Source: Octopus vulgaris
Taxonomy: Eukaryota
Length of the DNA stretch: 64,000 nucleotides
Direction of reading: 5' to 3'
Assembly (NCBI GenBank): GCA_951406725.2
Contig: OX597825.1
Span: forward strand, 15,190,001-15,254,000
The notes below the pieces were generated by a model. The model was not told the DNA's origin, ran no database searches, and worked only from the letters and a program-made list of their open reading frames with translations. Both the position numbers and the translations under genes were made by a program. This document shows, piece by piece, positions 1 to 13,351 of the stretch. Each line of letters opens with the position of its first letter. Within the stretch, counting starts at the first letter, position 1.

Positions 1-345
1 AATTTATCGACCCCGAAAGGATGAAAGGTAAAGTCGACCTCGGCGGAATTTGAACTCAGAACGTAACGTCAGACGAAATACGGCTAAGTATTTCACCCGG
101 TGTGCTAACGTTTCTTATTTCTTTACTATCCACCTGGGGCTACACACAGAGGGGACAAACAAGGACAGACAAACGGATTTAGTCGATTATATCGACACTA
201 GTGCGTAACTGGTACTTATTTCATCGACCCCGAAAGGATGAAAGGCAAAGTCGACCTCGGTGGAATTTTAACTCAGAACGCAGCGACAGACGAAATACGG
301 CTAGGTATTGCACCCGGCGTGCTAACGTTTCTGCCAGCTCGCTGC
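1..345 (-). mobile_element. tRNA-derived SINE family A, dimeric, cut by window edge
   Basis: Reverse complement of the GGCGAGCTGGCAGAAACGTTAGCACGCCGGG...GAGTTCAAATTCCGCCGAGGTCGAC repeat found more than 10 times in the window. Confidence 0.85.
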
Positions 346-1483
346 ATTAAGGGAAGTCCATTCTGCTTTATTCCTAAGACCTGTGTTTTTTTTCTTCTCT
401 GATATGAGAGACGTGTGTCTGCTATATTATGCATATTTAACAATCAAGTAAAATATTCATACATGACACGCATCCAAACCGCTCCCTTTGCGTCTTTAAT
501 GCTTTTTTAATCACCTATAACATCATTGCTGTAAATATATTAATTCACCTTTCATTTTATGCTAATAAAGTGTTATTGTATATTAGTAAGTGCCTTCTGT
601 TCTGTTTCAATTTTCTTTTCACTTTTTCCATTCTTATTGTTACCACATTCTTCTTTCCCCCAGATGAATATTTTACATTCGCATTAACCCCACCTTCTGC
701 TCACCCATTTCTTCTTATTTTAATTAAAACTATTTAATAGTCTCAAGTGTTTATTATTAATGCATTGTTAAATATTGTCTATTTTCTATTATCAAACAAT
801 CTTTTTTTTTTCTATTTTCTTTCATTATACATTTCGCTTGTATTTCTCAAAAAATTCTTCTGAGGCATTTACAATGCTTAATTCATTATTAGAATTTTCA
901 TGTTGTATATTCCAATTATACAATAGCCACAGAAAAAGAAGGAAGAAAAAATGAATTGTATGAATTCTATCGCAATAATAGTTTTCTATTTCGGAAAACA
1001 AGCACAATGATTACAGTACATTAAAAATTTTGAAAGAATCCTTTCTAATAATTGCAGAAACAACTTCCGTAAATAACAAATCAAGCGTTTAGAAAATAGA
1101 AGTGCCTATATTGGTATGCAAAATATAGGTTTGCAGTTGCATTAAATTTTATAAATGAAAATGAATAGAAAATTATAAAGAAGTTTAATCTAGGAGAATG
1201 TCGGAGAAAAAAATGTCAGGATTGTATTTTTCTGATTATTTATTGTATATTCAAAACATTGATCGACCAACTTATATGACACTTATTTAAATACACACGG
1301 ACAGACACTTCCATATTCACACAGATATATTGGATCAGGAATACATATTCACACAATGTCTATGAATATATGAGTATCACTATGTGAGTGCACGTGTGTG
1401 TATGTAAGAGCTAGAACGATATACAGATGTATATTTATATATACGCTCATATATCGATTTATATGTGATTATCTATACGTACA

Positions 1484-1579
1484 AAACATTGTCACACTTT
1501 CGGATTTAAAGACAAAATTTACAATCAGTTGAAAGACGGTGCTATCGGGGTTCGAATTACCAGCGATATTGCCACGTAG
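1484..1579 (+). pseudogene. Penelope-like reverse transcriptase fragment
   Basis: Translates KHCHTFGFKDKIYNQLKDGAIGVRITSDIAT*, resembling the PLE RT motif F.F...Y.Q..G.(A)(I/M)G......IA. Confidence 0.6.
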
Positions 1580-1805
1580 GTCTCTACTATCATTGTTTGT
1601 TCCCAACTTCGATCCTCCGTAAATCCGAAATATTATTTTAGAGTTTATGCCATATATTGTTGTTGAATGCCGGAAATGAGGATTAGATAGACGGCCGACA
1701 ACGGATGAAGGGTCCCTTATCTGTGCTTCCTTGTCCTGTTTTCCATTTTTATTGTTAATTACGTATTTCCCGTTTTTGCACTGTTGGTGGGTCCTGTACC
1801 CATAT
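1580..1805 (+). mobile_element. Putative PLE terminal repeat segment; related copy at about 46255-46450 (-)
   Basis: Ends in TCCTGTACCCATATATA; the reverse complement TATATGGGTACAGGA occurs at about 46255, with further similarity. Confidence 0.45.
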
Positions 1806-2058
1806 ATAAGTGTGTGTATGTGTGTAGATAGATACATAGATAGATTTATTATTCATTATATATATATGTATATATATAAATTAAATTAGAGATAAAACCA
1901 GTATTAGGCAAATCAAACAGTGAAAAACATAAACCAAAACATAGAAATAAAAATAATTAATATAATATACAAAATATATAGAATACAAAATTTAAAATTT
2001 CAATTATTTAAATTTAAAGTTAAAAATTTAAAATTACTAATTTATTTTTATAAATTCA

Positions 2059-2098
<40 letters not shown>

Positions 2099-2174
2099 AA
2101 TTATAAAAAGTAATAATGTGTTTTGAATGGCACAGCAAGGCAAATATATATGCATGTGCATATCTATGCGTGGC

Positions 2175-2370
2175 TTTGTGTATGTGTCTCTTCATTCAAC
2201 ACCGCTTCACAACCGGTATAGAAAATTGTTAACTTAGCGGTTCGGCACAAGATTCGATAAAATAAGTACCAGGCTTAAAAAGACTGAGATCGATTCATGT
2301 GACTAAAACTCTTCTAGGCGGTGCCCCAGTATGGCCGCAGTCTGGTGACTAAAACGAGTAAAAGTCAAAG
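2175..2370 (+). mobile_element. SINE family C, 3' part, degenerate
   Basis: TTAGCGGTTCGGC..GATAAAATAAGTACCAGGC..GGCGGTGCCCCAGTATGGCCGCAGTC matches 46040-46165. Confidence 0.7.
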
Positions 2371-2451
2371 GGAAGAAGATATATATTTACTTTCTATTGA
2401 TTCTAATAAGCTGTGTAAAACTGCGTTGATGGTTTATATAGATTGGTAGAG

Positions 2452-2670
2452 AAGGCGGCTAGCTGGCAGAAACGTTAGCGAGCCGGGCGAAATGCTTATC
2501 CGTTACGTTCTGAGTTCAAATTCAGCCGAGGTTGACTTTGCCTTTCATCCTTTCGGGATCCATAAATAAAGTACCAGTCACGCACTGTGGTCGATGTAAT
2601 CGACTTAATTCGTTTGTCTGTCTTTGTTTGCCGCCCCCCCTGTGTTTAGCCCCTTGTGGGCAATAAATAA
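2452..2670 (+). mobile_element. SINE family A
   Basis: Head with A/B-box-like motifs and tail matching 26432-26665. Confidence 0.85.
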
Positions 2671-4501
2671 ATATATAGACAAGGAGACTGGTAAAGAAAC
2701 ACGTGGGTACGCGAGGGAAGAGAGATCATACAGTCTTATTTGAATATACTAAGAATGGCAGAACCAAATTGTGTCAGAAAATAAGGATACATTAGAATTG
2801 GAAGGCTCAATAATTACATATATATATATATATATATATATATAAATGTATGAATGTATGTATATATACGTGGATGCATGGAGAGATAGATAGATGCATA
2901 AGTAGATATATGCATGTATTTATATGCGTGTGTTCCATCCGATGCCAGTTTTGTTATTATTTTTGAAAGACATTGTGTCTGACACCAGCTGTCAGAAAAA
3001 TAATCGTTGTCTGTGGAATATGATTTTTATCGTTAAGATGAAATTAAGTACTTATATTTTCAATTCTGTTTTTCGTTTTTTTTTTTTGTACAAAATAGAT
3101 TGTCTGTGCTGTACAGCTTGCATTAGGTTATGTATAGATCGTAAAATGGCGCTCGTTGTATTTCAATTTCAATCATGATTCATATTCGACGAAAGGCTCC
3201 CACTCTTTAGTGTTATTCCATTTTCATAAAGAGAGATGTTATATAAATCATGTTTTTTGCGGTAATTTGATATAGATAAAGTTACATTTAAAAAATCATC
3301 TGACTATCTATTCAATTAAGGGCGCCGTCGTGTCGGTAGTGCAGGCTACATCACGGAGCTGAACACTCAAGTCATTTAAATTAACATAGCCTTCATGTAA
3401 CGGCTACTTACATCTGAGATGTTTATACTAGCTCTAATAGACTTAAATCAATAATTCTTCTGGATATTTTAAATATTTTTAGTAACACAAGTTTTAAATT
3501 TATTATTCAAGCCAGTTGGATACGGTAGTATAGTTTTCATCATTTTCTAAACATTAACGCATATATTTCAGAGCTCACGCGATAACCGATAAAAAGTTAT
3601 AATAAATTCTTAAATGTTTTACAAAATGAACATACTTGGAATATATATATATATATTTATATATTCACACATACACTCGAAGGCGCACGCACGCTCACAC
3701 ACACATGTATATGTATCAGTATATATCAGTATTCTGATATTTTTTCTGTGTAAGTGTACAACTATTAGTTACCTCACGACTGAACAATTGAATATCGGCA
3801 AATGTTTACTTTGTCCGGGATGTTTCCTGACTATTTGCCTTCAAACATTACATTGTTGCTGCGTACAAAATTAAGGAATGCCCGATATTCGTACTGGATG
3901 AAGTTTTCGATTTGGATTTCATATCTTATTGCGTTTTTTTCTTGAAATAAACGCAGAAACGAGTCCACAAATGAGGAAAAAAGATATATCGGTAGAAATG
4001 GAGTAATCATGTATAAAAATTAATTTGTTATGATTTTATTAAATGAAACTATTTTTTGCGTTTTTTCTCCGTGATTATGACTTACCCGCATTATATTTCC
4101 ACGAGTACAAAAGCCGATTCTTTGAAAATTGATTATGGCGCTTGATATGAAGAATTTAGGTCTAAGTGAAATACAGAAAATGTGAAAAAGAAAATATGCA
4201 CACTTTAGAAAAGATACTCACCAGCTGAATTAGTTCAGATGAACTGATACCGTTTTATTCCTATTATGCAGATAATAATTTAATGAAGATAAGAAAGCTA
4301 TACTTTGTATTCTACTAATTATAGTGTACTGGTGTATGAAAGTTTTTTCTTCTCGATAGCCTACCTTCTATTTATTCGGTATTGTCGGAGATGTATTGTG
4401 TTAAACTATACAAGCTAATATATGTTAGCAGTGTTCTAATGAAATTACACATAGATTTGTAGGAGGTCAGCAAGACTTTATAATTTCAATATATTGTATC
4501 T

Positions 4502-4887
4502 TAAGAAGCACTCCGTCGGTTACGACGACGAGGGTTCCGGTTGATCCGAATCAACGGAACAGCCTGCTCGTGAAATTAACGTGTAAGTGGCTGAGCACTC
4601 CACAGACACGTGTACCCTTAACGTAGTTCTCTGGGATATTCAGAGTGACACAGAGAGTGAGAGGGCCGGCCCCTTGAAATACAAGTACAACAGAAACAGG
4701 AAGTAAGAGTGAGAGAAAGTTGTGGTGAATGAGTACAGCAGGGATCACCACCATCCCCTGCCGGAGCCTAGTGGAGCTTTAGGTGTTTTCGCTCAATAAA
4801 CACTCACAACGCCCGGTCTGGGAATCGAAACCGCGATCCTGCGACCGCGAGTCCGCTGCCCTAACCACTGGGCCATTGCGCCTCCAC
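4502..4887 (-). mobile_element. Full-length tRNA-derived SINE family B (tail type i)
   Basis: Head GGAGGCGCAATGGCCCAGTGG...GGTTTCGATTCCC; 12-bp TSD TATATTGTATCT at 4490-4501 and 4888-4899; near-identical to 54068-54450. Confidence 0.92.
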
Positions 4888-6051
4888 TATATTGTATCTA
4901 TACTTTTGAATAACACCAGCTCGAAAAAACCTCAAAAATGTCGTTGATATTTCCTCTGCAATGTGCCCCAAACAACTTAATATATAACACATAAATTATT
5001 CAATGGACGTGGTTCTTGAAAACATGTAATATTGATGTTACATGCTTTTAATGACTGTGTGAAGAAATATATTGCAAACGGAATGGGCCATCCTCTTCAA
5101 AATGCTATAAAAACATATCCATAACTGAAGTGATATAGAATATATATGTTTGAACGTAGAAATATGTGAAATAATTGTACACCTCATTCTCCTCCAGGTA
5201 ATTCAAATAAAATCTCTCTTCATAAATCTCGTTAAAGATTTTAAAGGTTGCGCACTCGAAAGACAAACACATTCGAGATTATTGTCTTACGATATAATTT
5301 AATGAATAAGGAGATATTATAGAAACATAAAATGAAACAAGAACAGTAACATATAATTAGTAATGTTTAATTGTATTTAAATGCATATATAGCATTATGT
5401 CTCAAGATTTTTTTTCAGTTAATTACTCTTCACTAGCATTGTATTTCAATCATGAAGTGTTTTATCATAAACACAATGAATTTACTAAAAAAAACAAAAA
5501 AACAATGTCATCCATTTTTGTTTAAAATAATTTCGAAAATTAACATAATCTAATATGCATTGATATAAATTGGTTTAGAGCACTTACGTCTCCGATAAGA
5601 AATTAAGAAAACGTATTCCTAAAGAACATTCATTTTATACAAGAATATAGGGAATGAATGTAGTATAATGTATGATTTGAGACGAGTGTCAAATGGGAGA
5701 AGACAATTTGTTGTTTCGGTCCTTGTGTCGCAGCTGCTTTTGTCTATTTAACTACAGGTTCTATTTTTATAGAAAGATTTCGTGTTTGTTTATTAAACAC
5801 TGTGAATTGTTATACAAGACTCTTCTGGGAGTGTGTAACCTTAAATAAACTCAGTTAAAAGTAGGGGAATTTACTCTCGGGCCTAAAATGGTCACAGTTT
5901 TGCAAAGTCCGTTATGATTGTCAATGTTCGTACTTATTAGCAGGATACGTTTTTATCTGTAGATGTAACATATGTTAGTAAATATGTAATTATTTACTTA
6001 CTAGTAGGTGATTAATCTATACTAGATTTTTAAAAAATAAATATTATGGAA

Positions 6052-6401
6052 TAAATGTTAAGAGAGGTACCTTTTTTGACATATCGGAACGCATTCTGTT
6101 GAGGCAAAATGGTTCAAGTGTACTTTTTAAAATAGGAATGTGAAATTAGTAAAAACAAAGTTAAGAAATTATTCGTTAGGAAAATTAGGTAAATATTTAT
6201 GGTCAAGGGGAGGAAATAACGAAGGTACGTGGCCTAAAGTGGAAGATTATAAAGTCAAAAATCAGACTGCTGGTCTACCATCCAGTGCACCTAATCTGTG
6301 AGCTGATTAGCCAATCGAACAACTAATTTCACCGTTAATTGGCTAAACTATCTCTAAATCAATTAGTATAGGGGCCAATTAAATAAGTAAAAGTAAATAT
6401 A
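6052..6401 (+). repeat. Left arm of a ~350-bp inverted repeat pair (partner 8867-9212)
   Basis: Readable reverse-complement alignment, roughly 85-90% identical. Confidence 0.9.
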
Positions 6402-6412
6402 TATATATATAT

Positions 6413-6590
6413 GCTTTATTAAAACGCAGCAGAAATATCATAAATAATGTTACTTAGAGTTTCACGTTCGTGTTCATCGGATAAAACTCTCTGACGAACG
6501 GGACGTGAAACTCTGACTGAGTAACAGTTTAATGATTGTTTCTGCTGCTTTTTAATAAACCATATTACTCTACCTTTGGTATTCGAGCTC

Positions 6591-6592
<2 letters not shown>
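6413..6592. mobile_element. (TA)n-embedded inverted PLE terminal-repeat-like element; same family as 58583-58777
   Basis: Arms about 6413-6485 and 6486-6562 are reverse complements with a one-sided extension; HHR motif in both arms. Confidence 0.75.
6484..6530 (+). ncRNA. Minimal type I hammerhead ribozyme motif
   Basis: aaaCTcT CTGACGA ACG-GGA-CGT GAA ACTC-TGACT-GAGT A AcAGttt; canonical core, GUA triplet. Confidence 0.7.
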
Positions 6593-6639
<47 letters not shown>

Positions 6640-7332
6640 CACACATTATATATATATATATATATGTACTACACACAAATACATACATGTACTGTCAGAG
6701 GCACACACACATACACAGACACGCGTGCACACACATATATTGCTGTAAATGGATGATGGCCGTCAACTCACGACTTGATGTGATATATCATCTTCTCCAT
6801 ATATATTGGTGACATAGGCCACGTGTTTTCTCTTCCCATTTCTTCCTCCCTATCTACCGCTCTCTCACTCTCTCTCACACATACACACTCTCTTCCCCAT
6901 TGTCTCTACGGTGAATTTCAAAGTCTTTTGTTCTTCTATTTTGATTGTTGATAATAGAATCACACAGAACCCTTTCAGATATCGGAAAAAATACAAAGCA
7001 AAAGGAATCAATCAAAAACAAAACAAAACAAAAAAAATAAACACTTGTTAAAATATAATTCTGGGTGGGTGGGTGGCTGTAAATCTAGATTTCACTTGAG
7101 AGCTAAAGTACATATGATATATATTCTTTGTTGTTTTGTAATCACAATGAAAGGAACCGTTTAATTATAGTACTTTGATTGACTGAAATGAACGGAAGGT
7201 ATAAGGAAATGTTGATTGCTTCACATTGTTGGCGTATATACAAAGTTTTGTTACTCGAAAGACTGTGTTTGATATATATATATGTCCATAATGTTAAATG
7301 GTTTAAATAAGTATATTTTTTGAATATATAGC

Positions 7333-7448
7333 TTCTTTGATACAAAACGGTATTCACGGATTCATTATCTTTTGTGTCAAAATGCCTATTTTTCTTTGAT
7401 ACAAAACGGTATTCACGGATTCATTATCTTTTGTGTCAAAATGCCTAT
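7333..7448. repeat. Perfect 57-bp tandem duplication
   Basis: TTCTTTGATACAAAACGG...AATGCCTAT at 7333-7389 and 7392-7448. Confidence 0.95.
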
Positions 7449-8493
7449 GAAATTTGATCCGGCCCTTAACTTTCAGGTTTCAAATTCCTTTTTATGAACG
7501 GGTCTCAAATTCCGCTTGGCCATTCACTCCTCTGTATCCGATAAAATGTACCAAGTAAGCTGTTAACTAACCCCTTGAGCTTAAATTAGAAACACTCACT
7601 TAAACAACTGCTGAAAGATGCATATTAATGGCATAACCTTTTTTTGCTGTTTTCACAGATTCCCATTACGTTCTGTAGCCATCAAATTCCCTTATTATGA
7701 ATTTAAACTGGGATTTTGATTCATAGTGAATCTTTCATTACTGATTAAGCAATTCCCATGGACATGTTGCAGTTATTGTCTTCATGGAGACTGGTAAACC
7801 TTACCATCGATCTTCTTGGATTCTTCCGCTCAAAATCAATAAGAGAAGCACTCTTGGCTCCGTTGAACTCTTCTGCTAAATCTTCACAACCCAACATGCT
7901 GCAGGCTCGTTACTCCGCCGTATCCCTCCGCCGTGACTGAAGGGGTGCTACACGCTACCAAAGGATAGTCTGTAACTATGCAGTTACTCCATGAGATATT
8001 TTCAAAGTACCCCCGTACCCAAGGCATAAATAGAAGCTAACATATATACATGTGTGTGCGTATGCCATTCCATACACATTGTTGGTCTGCTTCATTTTAC
8101 TTTATTCAACAACCCTCTAAGTCAGCTTTGGTCTCCTTCTATTTAATGCATTTACTCATTTCACTACCCCTCCACACACAACGAAATATTTATTTAACAC
8201 TTTAATACTAACTTTACACGCTACACCCACTTTTAGTTATGAATTCGCTCGATCCTTGTTTTGCAGTTAACACTTATCGACGTGCTATTAATATTATTTA
8301 CTATGTGTATTATTACATGAATGGGGAACCAATTGTTGAAACTGGCATAATGCATGTACCTATGCATAGGTTAATATAATGACATGTAATATGCATTAAC
8401 ATTGATTGGGTATATAGGTATGTGTATCCTTGAGTTTATGGATGTTGTATGTGAGATGGCACACGTGTATGTGTGTGTACATAGCTGTATATG

Positions 8494-8551
<58 letters not shown>

Positions 8552-8604
8552 TGGCGTACAAAACAAATACATGTATTAGTATAACGCTCATGAATAGAAA
8601 AAAA

Positions 8605-8645
8605 GTAATTTACGTTTCGAGCCTACGCTCTTCTACAGAAAGAGA
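8605..8645 (-). ncRNA. Degenerate HHR-like motif (U6 core variant) in a (TA)n-flanked element at about 8550-8680
   Basis: Minus strand reads tcttt CTGTAGA A GAGC-GTAG-GCTC GAA ACGT A aattac; stem I is damaged. Confidence 0.45.
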
Positions 8646-8866
8646 CACAGAAAAAACAAGGGAGAAACAAATATGTATGTAAAATTATATATATATATAT
8701 ATAAATATATATATATATATGAGTATGTGCATATGCATGCATGTGTATGTTGAATTTTTTGTATGAATGCATGAGTAAATCTTAGTAAGAACTTGCATCT
8801 GTAAAATTAATTTACAAGTATTTTACTTTTATATTTTTAAATTTGTAATCATTAATTTAATTGGGG

Positions 8867-9212
8867 ATATTTACTTTTACTTATTTAATTGACCACTAGA
8901 CTAATTGATTTAGAGGTAGTTTAGCCAATTAACTGTGAAATTAGTTGTTCGATTGGCTAGTCAGCTCACAGATTAGGTGTACTAGATGGTAGACCAGCAG
9001 TCTGATTTGTGACTTTATAATCTTCCAGTTTAGGCCACGTAACTTCATTATTACCTCCCCTTGACCGCAAATATTTTACTAATTTTCCTACCGAATAATT
9101 TCTTAAAATTTGTTTTTACTAATTTCACATTCCTATTTTAAGAAGTACACTTGAACTATTTCCCCTCAGTCTGATTTCCTATATGTCAAAAAAGGTACCT
9201 CCCTTAACATTT
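8867..9212 (-). repeat. Right arm of the ~350-bp inverted repeat pair
   Basis: Reverse complement of 6052-6401. Confidence 0.9.
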
Positions 9213-9471
9213 AACCTCATGGTTAAACATGAACAGATGTCAAAGAATTACAGTGTTGTTCTATTTAGTGACAAGTGGAATTGAATCCCCATTAAATAAA
9301 TCGATCATAATCATCGCCATGATCCTCATGGTCCAAACACACACCACCACCCCCAGCATCATCAGCAGCCGCAACCAACTTATCCCTATTGTATAGCCAG
9401 CATCATCACCATCAGCATCAACGTCAGCACCAGCGTCAGCATCATCAATGTCTCGATAAATGTCATCATTA

Positions 9472-9930
9472 GGTCGGCGAGCTGGCAGATGCGTTAGCAC
9501 GCCGGGTGAAGTGCTAAGCAGTATAATGTCTGCCGCTACGTCCTGAGTTCAAATTCCGCCGAGATCGACTTTGCCTATCATCCTTTCAATGTCGATAAAT
9601 TATCTACCAGTTACGCACTGGGGTCGATGTAATTGTCTTAATCCCTTTGTCTGTCCTTTTTTGACCTCTCTATATTTTGCCCTTTGTGTGCAATAAATAA
9701 ATAAGAAACGTTTGCACACCGGCTGAACTGCTTAGCGGTATTTCATCTGTTCTTGATAGGTATTTCGTCTGCCGCTACGTCCTGAGTTCAAATTCTGCTG
9801 AGGTCGACTTGTGCCTTTCATCATTTCGGAATCGATGAATTAAGTAGCAGTTGCATACTAGAGTCGATCTAACTGACTGGCTCCCTCCTCCAAAAATTTC
9901 CGGCCTTGTTCCTAGAGAAGAAAAGAATAA
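9472..9930 (+). mobile_element. SINE family A dimer
   Basis: Two tandem CTGAGTTCAAATTC..GAG.TCGACT units with different tails. Confidence 0.85.
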
Positions 9931-11230
9931 CTGTCATCATTTACTACATCATTAAGATACTGTCAGCGCTGTGGTTTCAATAAACACAATAATTAACTCT
10001 AAGAAGACTGCATTTCGTCGCCTCTTGATTATAATTTCCATTAAACATTCATATATCATATGTTTGTGTCAATTTGGATAGTAAGTCATCTGGCGTGATG
10101 GTTAATAGAAATCGACAGTCTGAATAGTAAGATAGTAAAAGAAGAGATGCTATAGAAATCATTGTCCCATTTATATAAAGATAAATATGTATATGAATGT
10201 GTGTGTCTATGTTTTTGTTTATATGTGATATTGTATTCAGTTTTGCATCTATTTTATTAATGTCAAGTGATTTATATTTAACTCCTCTTTGCTTCAGCAT
10301 CAACTACGCGAATGTGAAAATTGATAAACATATATATTTAATGCCTCTACAATAATCGAGTATATTCATTTGTTGAGGTCGCCATAACATGTACCTTTCT
10401 ATGTCGCTTATATTTTGCTTCTTATTCGCTCTTATTCCAATTATGGTAAACAAATCTACTTTAAAAAATAATCTGTACTATCCTGTTCATTTTCTGCAAA
10501 CACATCAATAACTTTTAAAGAATTATTGTTAGTATCATTTGTCCCACGAGAACTGGTTCGAGTTACTTTTATATCATCATAAATGCATCTAGAATTTATT
10601 GCTTTTTTAACTGCCTACTGCAATTTATTTAGACTAACACATTGATATATTGGTTTAGAAATCTACAAGACAGTCGTATCTTACTCAGGCTTTGTTTCTT
10701 ATTCTCAAAACACACACAGATTATATGATATTGCACATTAGAATTCATGAAGTTATCTCATATAATATGTTTTGACTCGATACAATCCTACCCAGCGGAC
10801 TAGATTATGTCACTCATAGAGTCTAATATTTATAAAGAAAGGGACAATATTAAAGAAAATACTTATCAACTTCTTCATTTGTATATTTACGTCTAGTTTC
10901 CTCACAAAGTTTTCTTATATATATTTTTTTTCGTGTGAAAAATACCACGGAAAAAAATGTTCGTTTTTTTTTTTTGTTTTTGTTTTTCAGATGAATTTTC
11001 TAGCGTCTAATTTACCCAAATATCAGATATTTATTTTATATCCATAGATTAATTTTCTGTACATTTTTATATTGTTTGTACCATGAAACACGCGCACAGG
11101 CGCATACATGTATATTTACTTACATAGACACACCTTCATACATATATACATATATGTGTGTATGTGTATATACACTCACAAATATACATATTATATATAT
11201 TATATACACATTATATATATATATCTATTA

Positions 11231-11430
11231 CGGAGATGTACTTGCATGGCAAGTGACCTGATATGAGCTCGTGTGCTGGAACGAAAACAATTCCACCGTA
11301 GAAGGAGTTAATAAGCCATTTAATACACATGAAAACCGTTAGATTCACTTCAACATTTCAATTTAATTTGCCAAAATATTTTTGTCACTTTGAGACCGCG
11401 AACTGTTCACTGACAAAATTCCGTGCAGCA
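11231..11430 (-). mobile_element. PLE terminal-repeat-like unit, same family as 42253-42604, with decayed G3-C8 HHR at 11367-11417
   Basis: CGGAGATGTAC..CGTGTGCTG..CTGTTCACTGACAAA shared with 42253-42457; abuts a TA-rich run. Confidence 0.75.
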
Positions 11431-12433
11431 TATAATATATAAGTGTTACGTGTCGTGATCCAGATCTCAGAGTTATGGTATTGCAGGAGAGCCGTGGACA
11501 GGTTGTGAATTTCAGAATGCGGGCAATTGGGGGAACATAGCTGGATGTATGATAGTAAGGACCAATGATTGTGCATATTACAGTTGAGAGCTGCTCTTGA
11601 TTATAAGAATATGGTATGATGCCGTTCAAAGACATACGGCTGACACATTCTATATTTCAATTAAATACGCCTTCGGTGTCCCTTTCTATAGAGTCAGTAA
11701 ACGTTGGCTCGTAGTGTCTAATTTGCTAAAGAAGTTTGGAGCAATATCCAAGATAATGTCACCTCTATAACAGTGCCTCAAGTGTATACATTCTCAGGAG
11801 TGCTTTTAATGAAAAGAGAACTCTAAGCAAGTATGTGGTATTAAAATGGGGGAGAGAAAGACATTCAACATACGATACGATAATGTGATCCAATTGACTG
11901 CCAATGTTCCAAAAGATATGCTATGTCTGGAGACAGGTGTAGGCAAATGTTTACTGGTGGCGAGAGAGACAATAGTGTTATCGTTTCCATCAAACGAATC
12001 TAGTTATGGAATAATTGGTTGGGAGTTTTAAGAGATTGGATAACACACACGCACTTGCTGAAATAACTGACTTTGCTTGGGTTTATAGAAAACATCAGGC
12101 TTGTTACACAGCCTATGCTCTTCCAGATGAAATGATGTGCTTGTATCTAAATTTCCATTTACCAAAGTAATAAACAATGTCCACTAATTAGAACATGCTT
12201 TCCGCCAGTATTATACACAGTTTTCGTATTTCCTTATAATCAAAATATGTTTCAAGCAGATGTTTGCGTATAAAGCGTATTTATACTATTCATCACTATA
12301 TTGGAAATAGTGTAAATGCTTATTACATGTGAGTGTATGTGTGTATATGTGTGAGTGTGCGCGTTTATACTAATACATCTGTTTGTTTTGTACACCACCT
12401 GTCTTCGTCTTTTGTTTCTTCATAAACTTTCCC

Positions 12434-13351
12434 TACATACATACATACATACATACATACATGCATACATACATACATACATGCATGCTTACATACATAC
12501 ATACATACATACATGCATACATACATACATGCATGCATACATACATGCATACATACATACATGCATGCATACATACATACATACATACATACATGCATAC
12601 ATACATGCATACATACATACATACATGCATACATACATACATACATACGTACATACATACATGCATACATACATACATGCATACATACATACATGCATAC
12701 ATACATACATACATACATACATACATACATACATACATACATACATACATGCATACATACATGCATACATACATACATGCATACATACATGCATACATAC
12801 ATACATACATACATACATACATACATGCATACATACATACATGCATACATGCATACATGCATACATACATACATGCATACATACATACATGCATACATAC
12901 ATGCATATATACATACATACATACATGCATACATACATACATACATACATGCATGCATACATACATACATACGTACATACATACATGCATACATACACAC
13001 ATACATGCATACATGCATACATACATGCATACATACATGCATACATACATACATACATACATGCATACATACATACATGCATACATACATGCATACATAC
13101 ATACATGCATACATACATACATGCATACATACATGCATACATACATACATACATACATACATACATACATACATGCATACATACATACATACATGCATAC
13201 ATACATGCATGTATACATACATACATGCATGCATACATACATACATGCATGCATACATACATACATACATGCATACATGCATACATGCATACACATATAC
13301 ATGCATGCTTACATACATGCATACATGCATACATACATACATACATGCATA
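12434..13351. repeat. (CATA)n/(CATG) compound microsatellite, about 920 bp
   Basis: Directly visible. Confidence 0.98.

Noticed and set aside
4810-4887. tRNA-like sequences (also 21481, 45781, 54068, 58420-58480, 62765)
   Set aside because: They are repeat heads with A/B boxes, attached bodies and often TSDs; no complete cloverleaf was seen.
11440-12060. Possible decayed LINE APE endonuclease on the minus strand
   Set aside because: Only faint motif resemblance across many frameshifts; needs a profile search.
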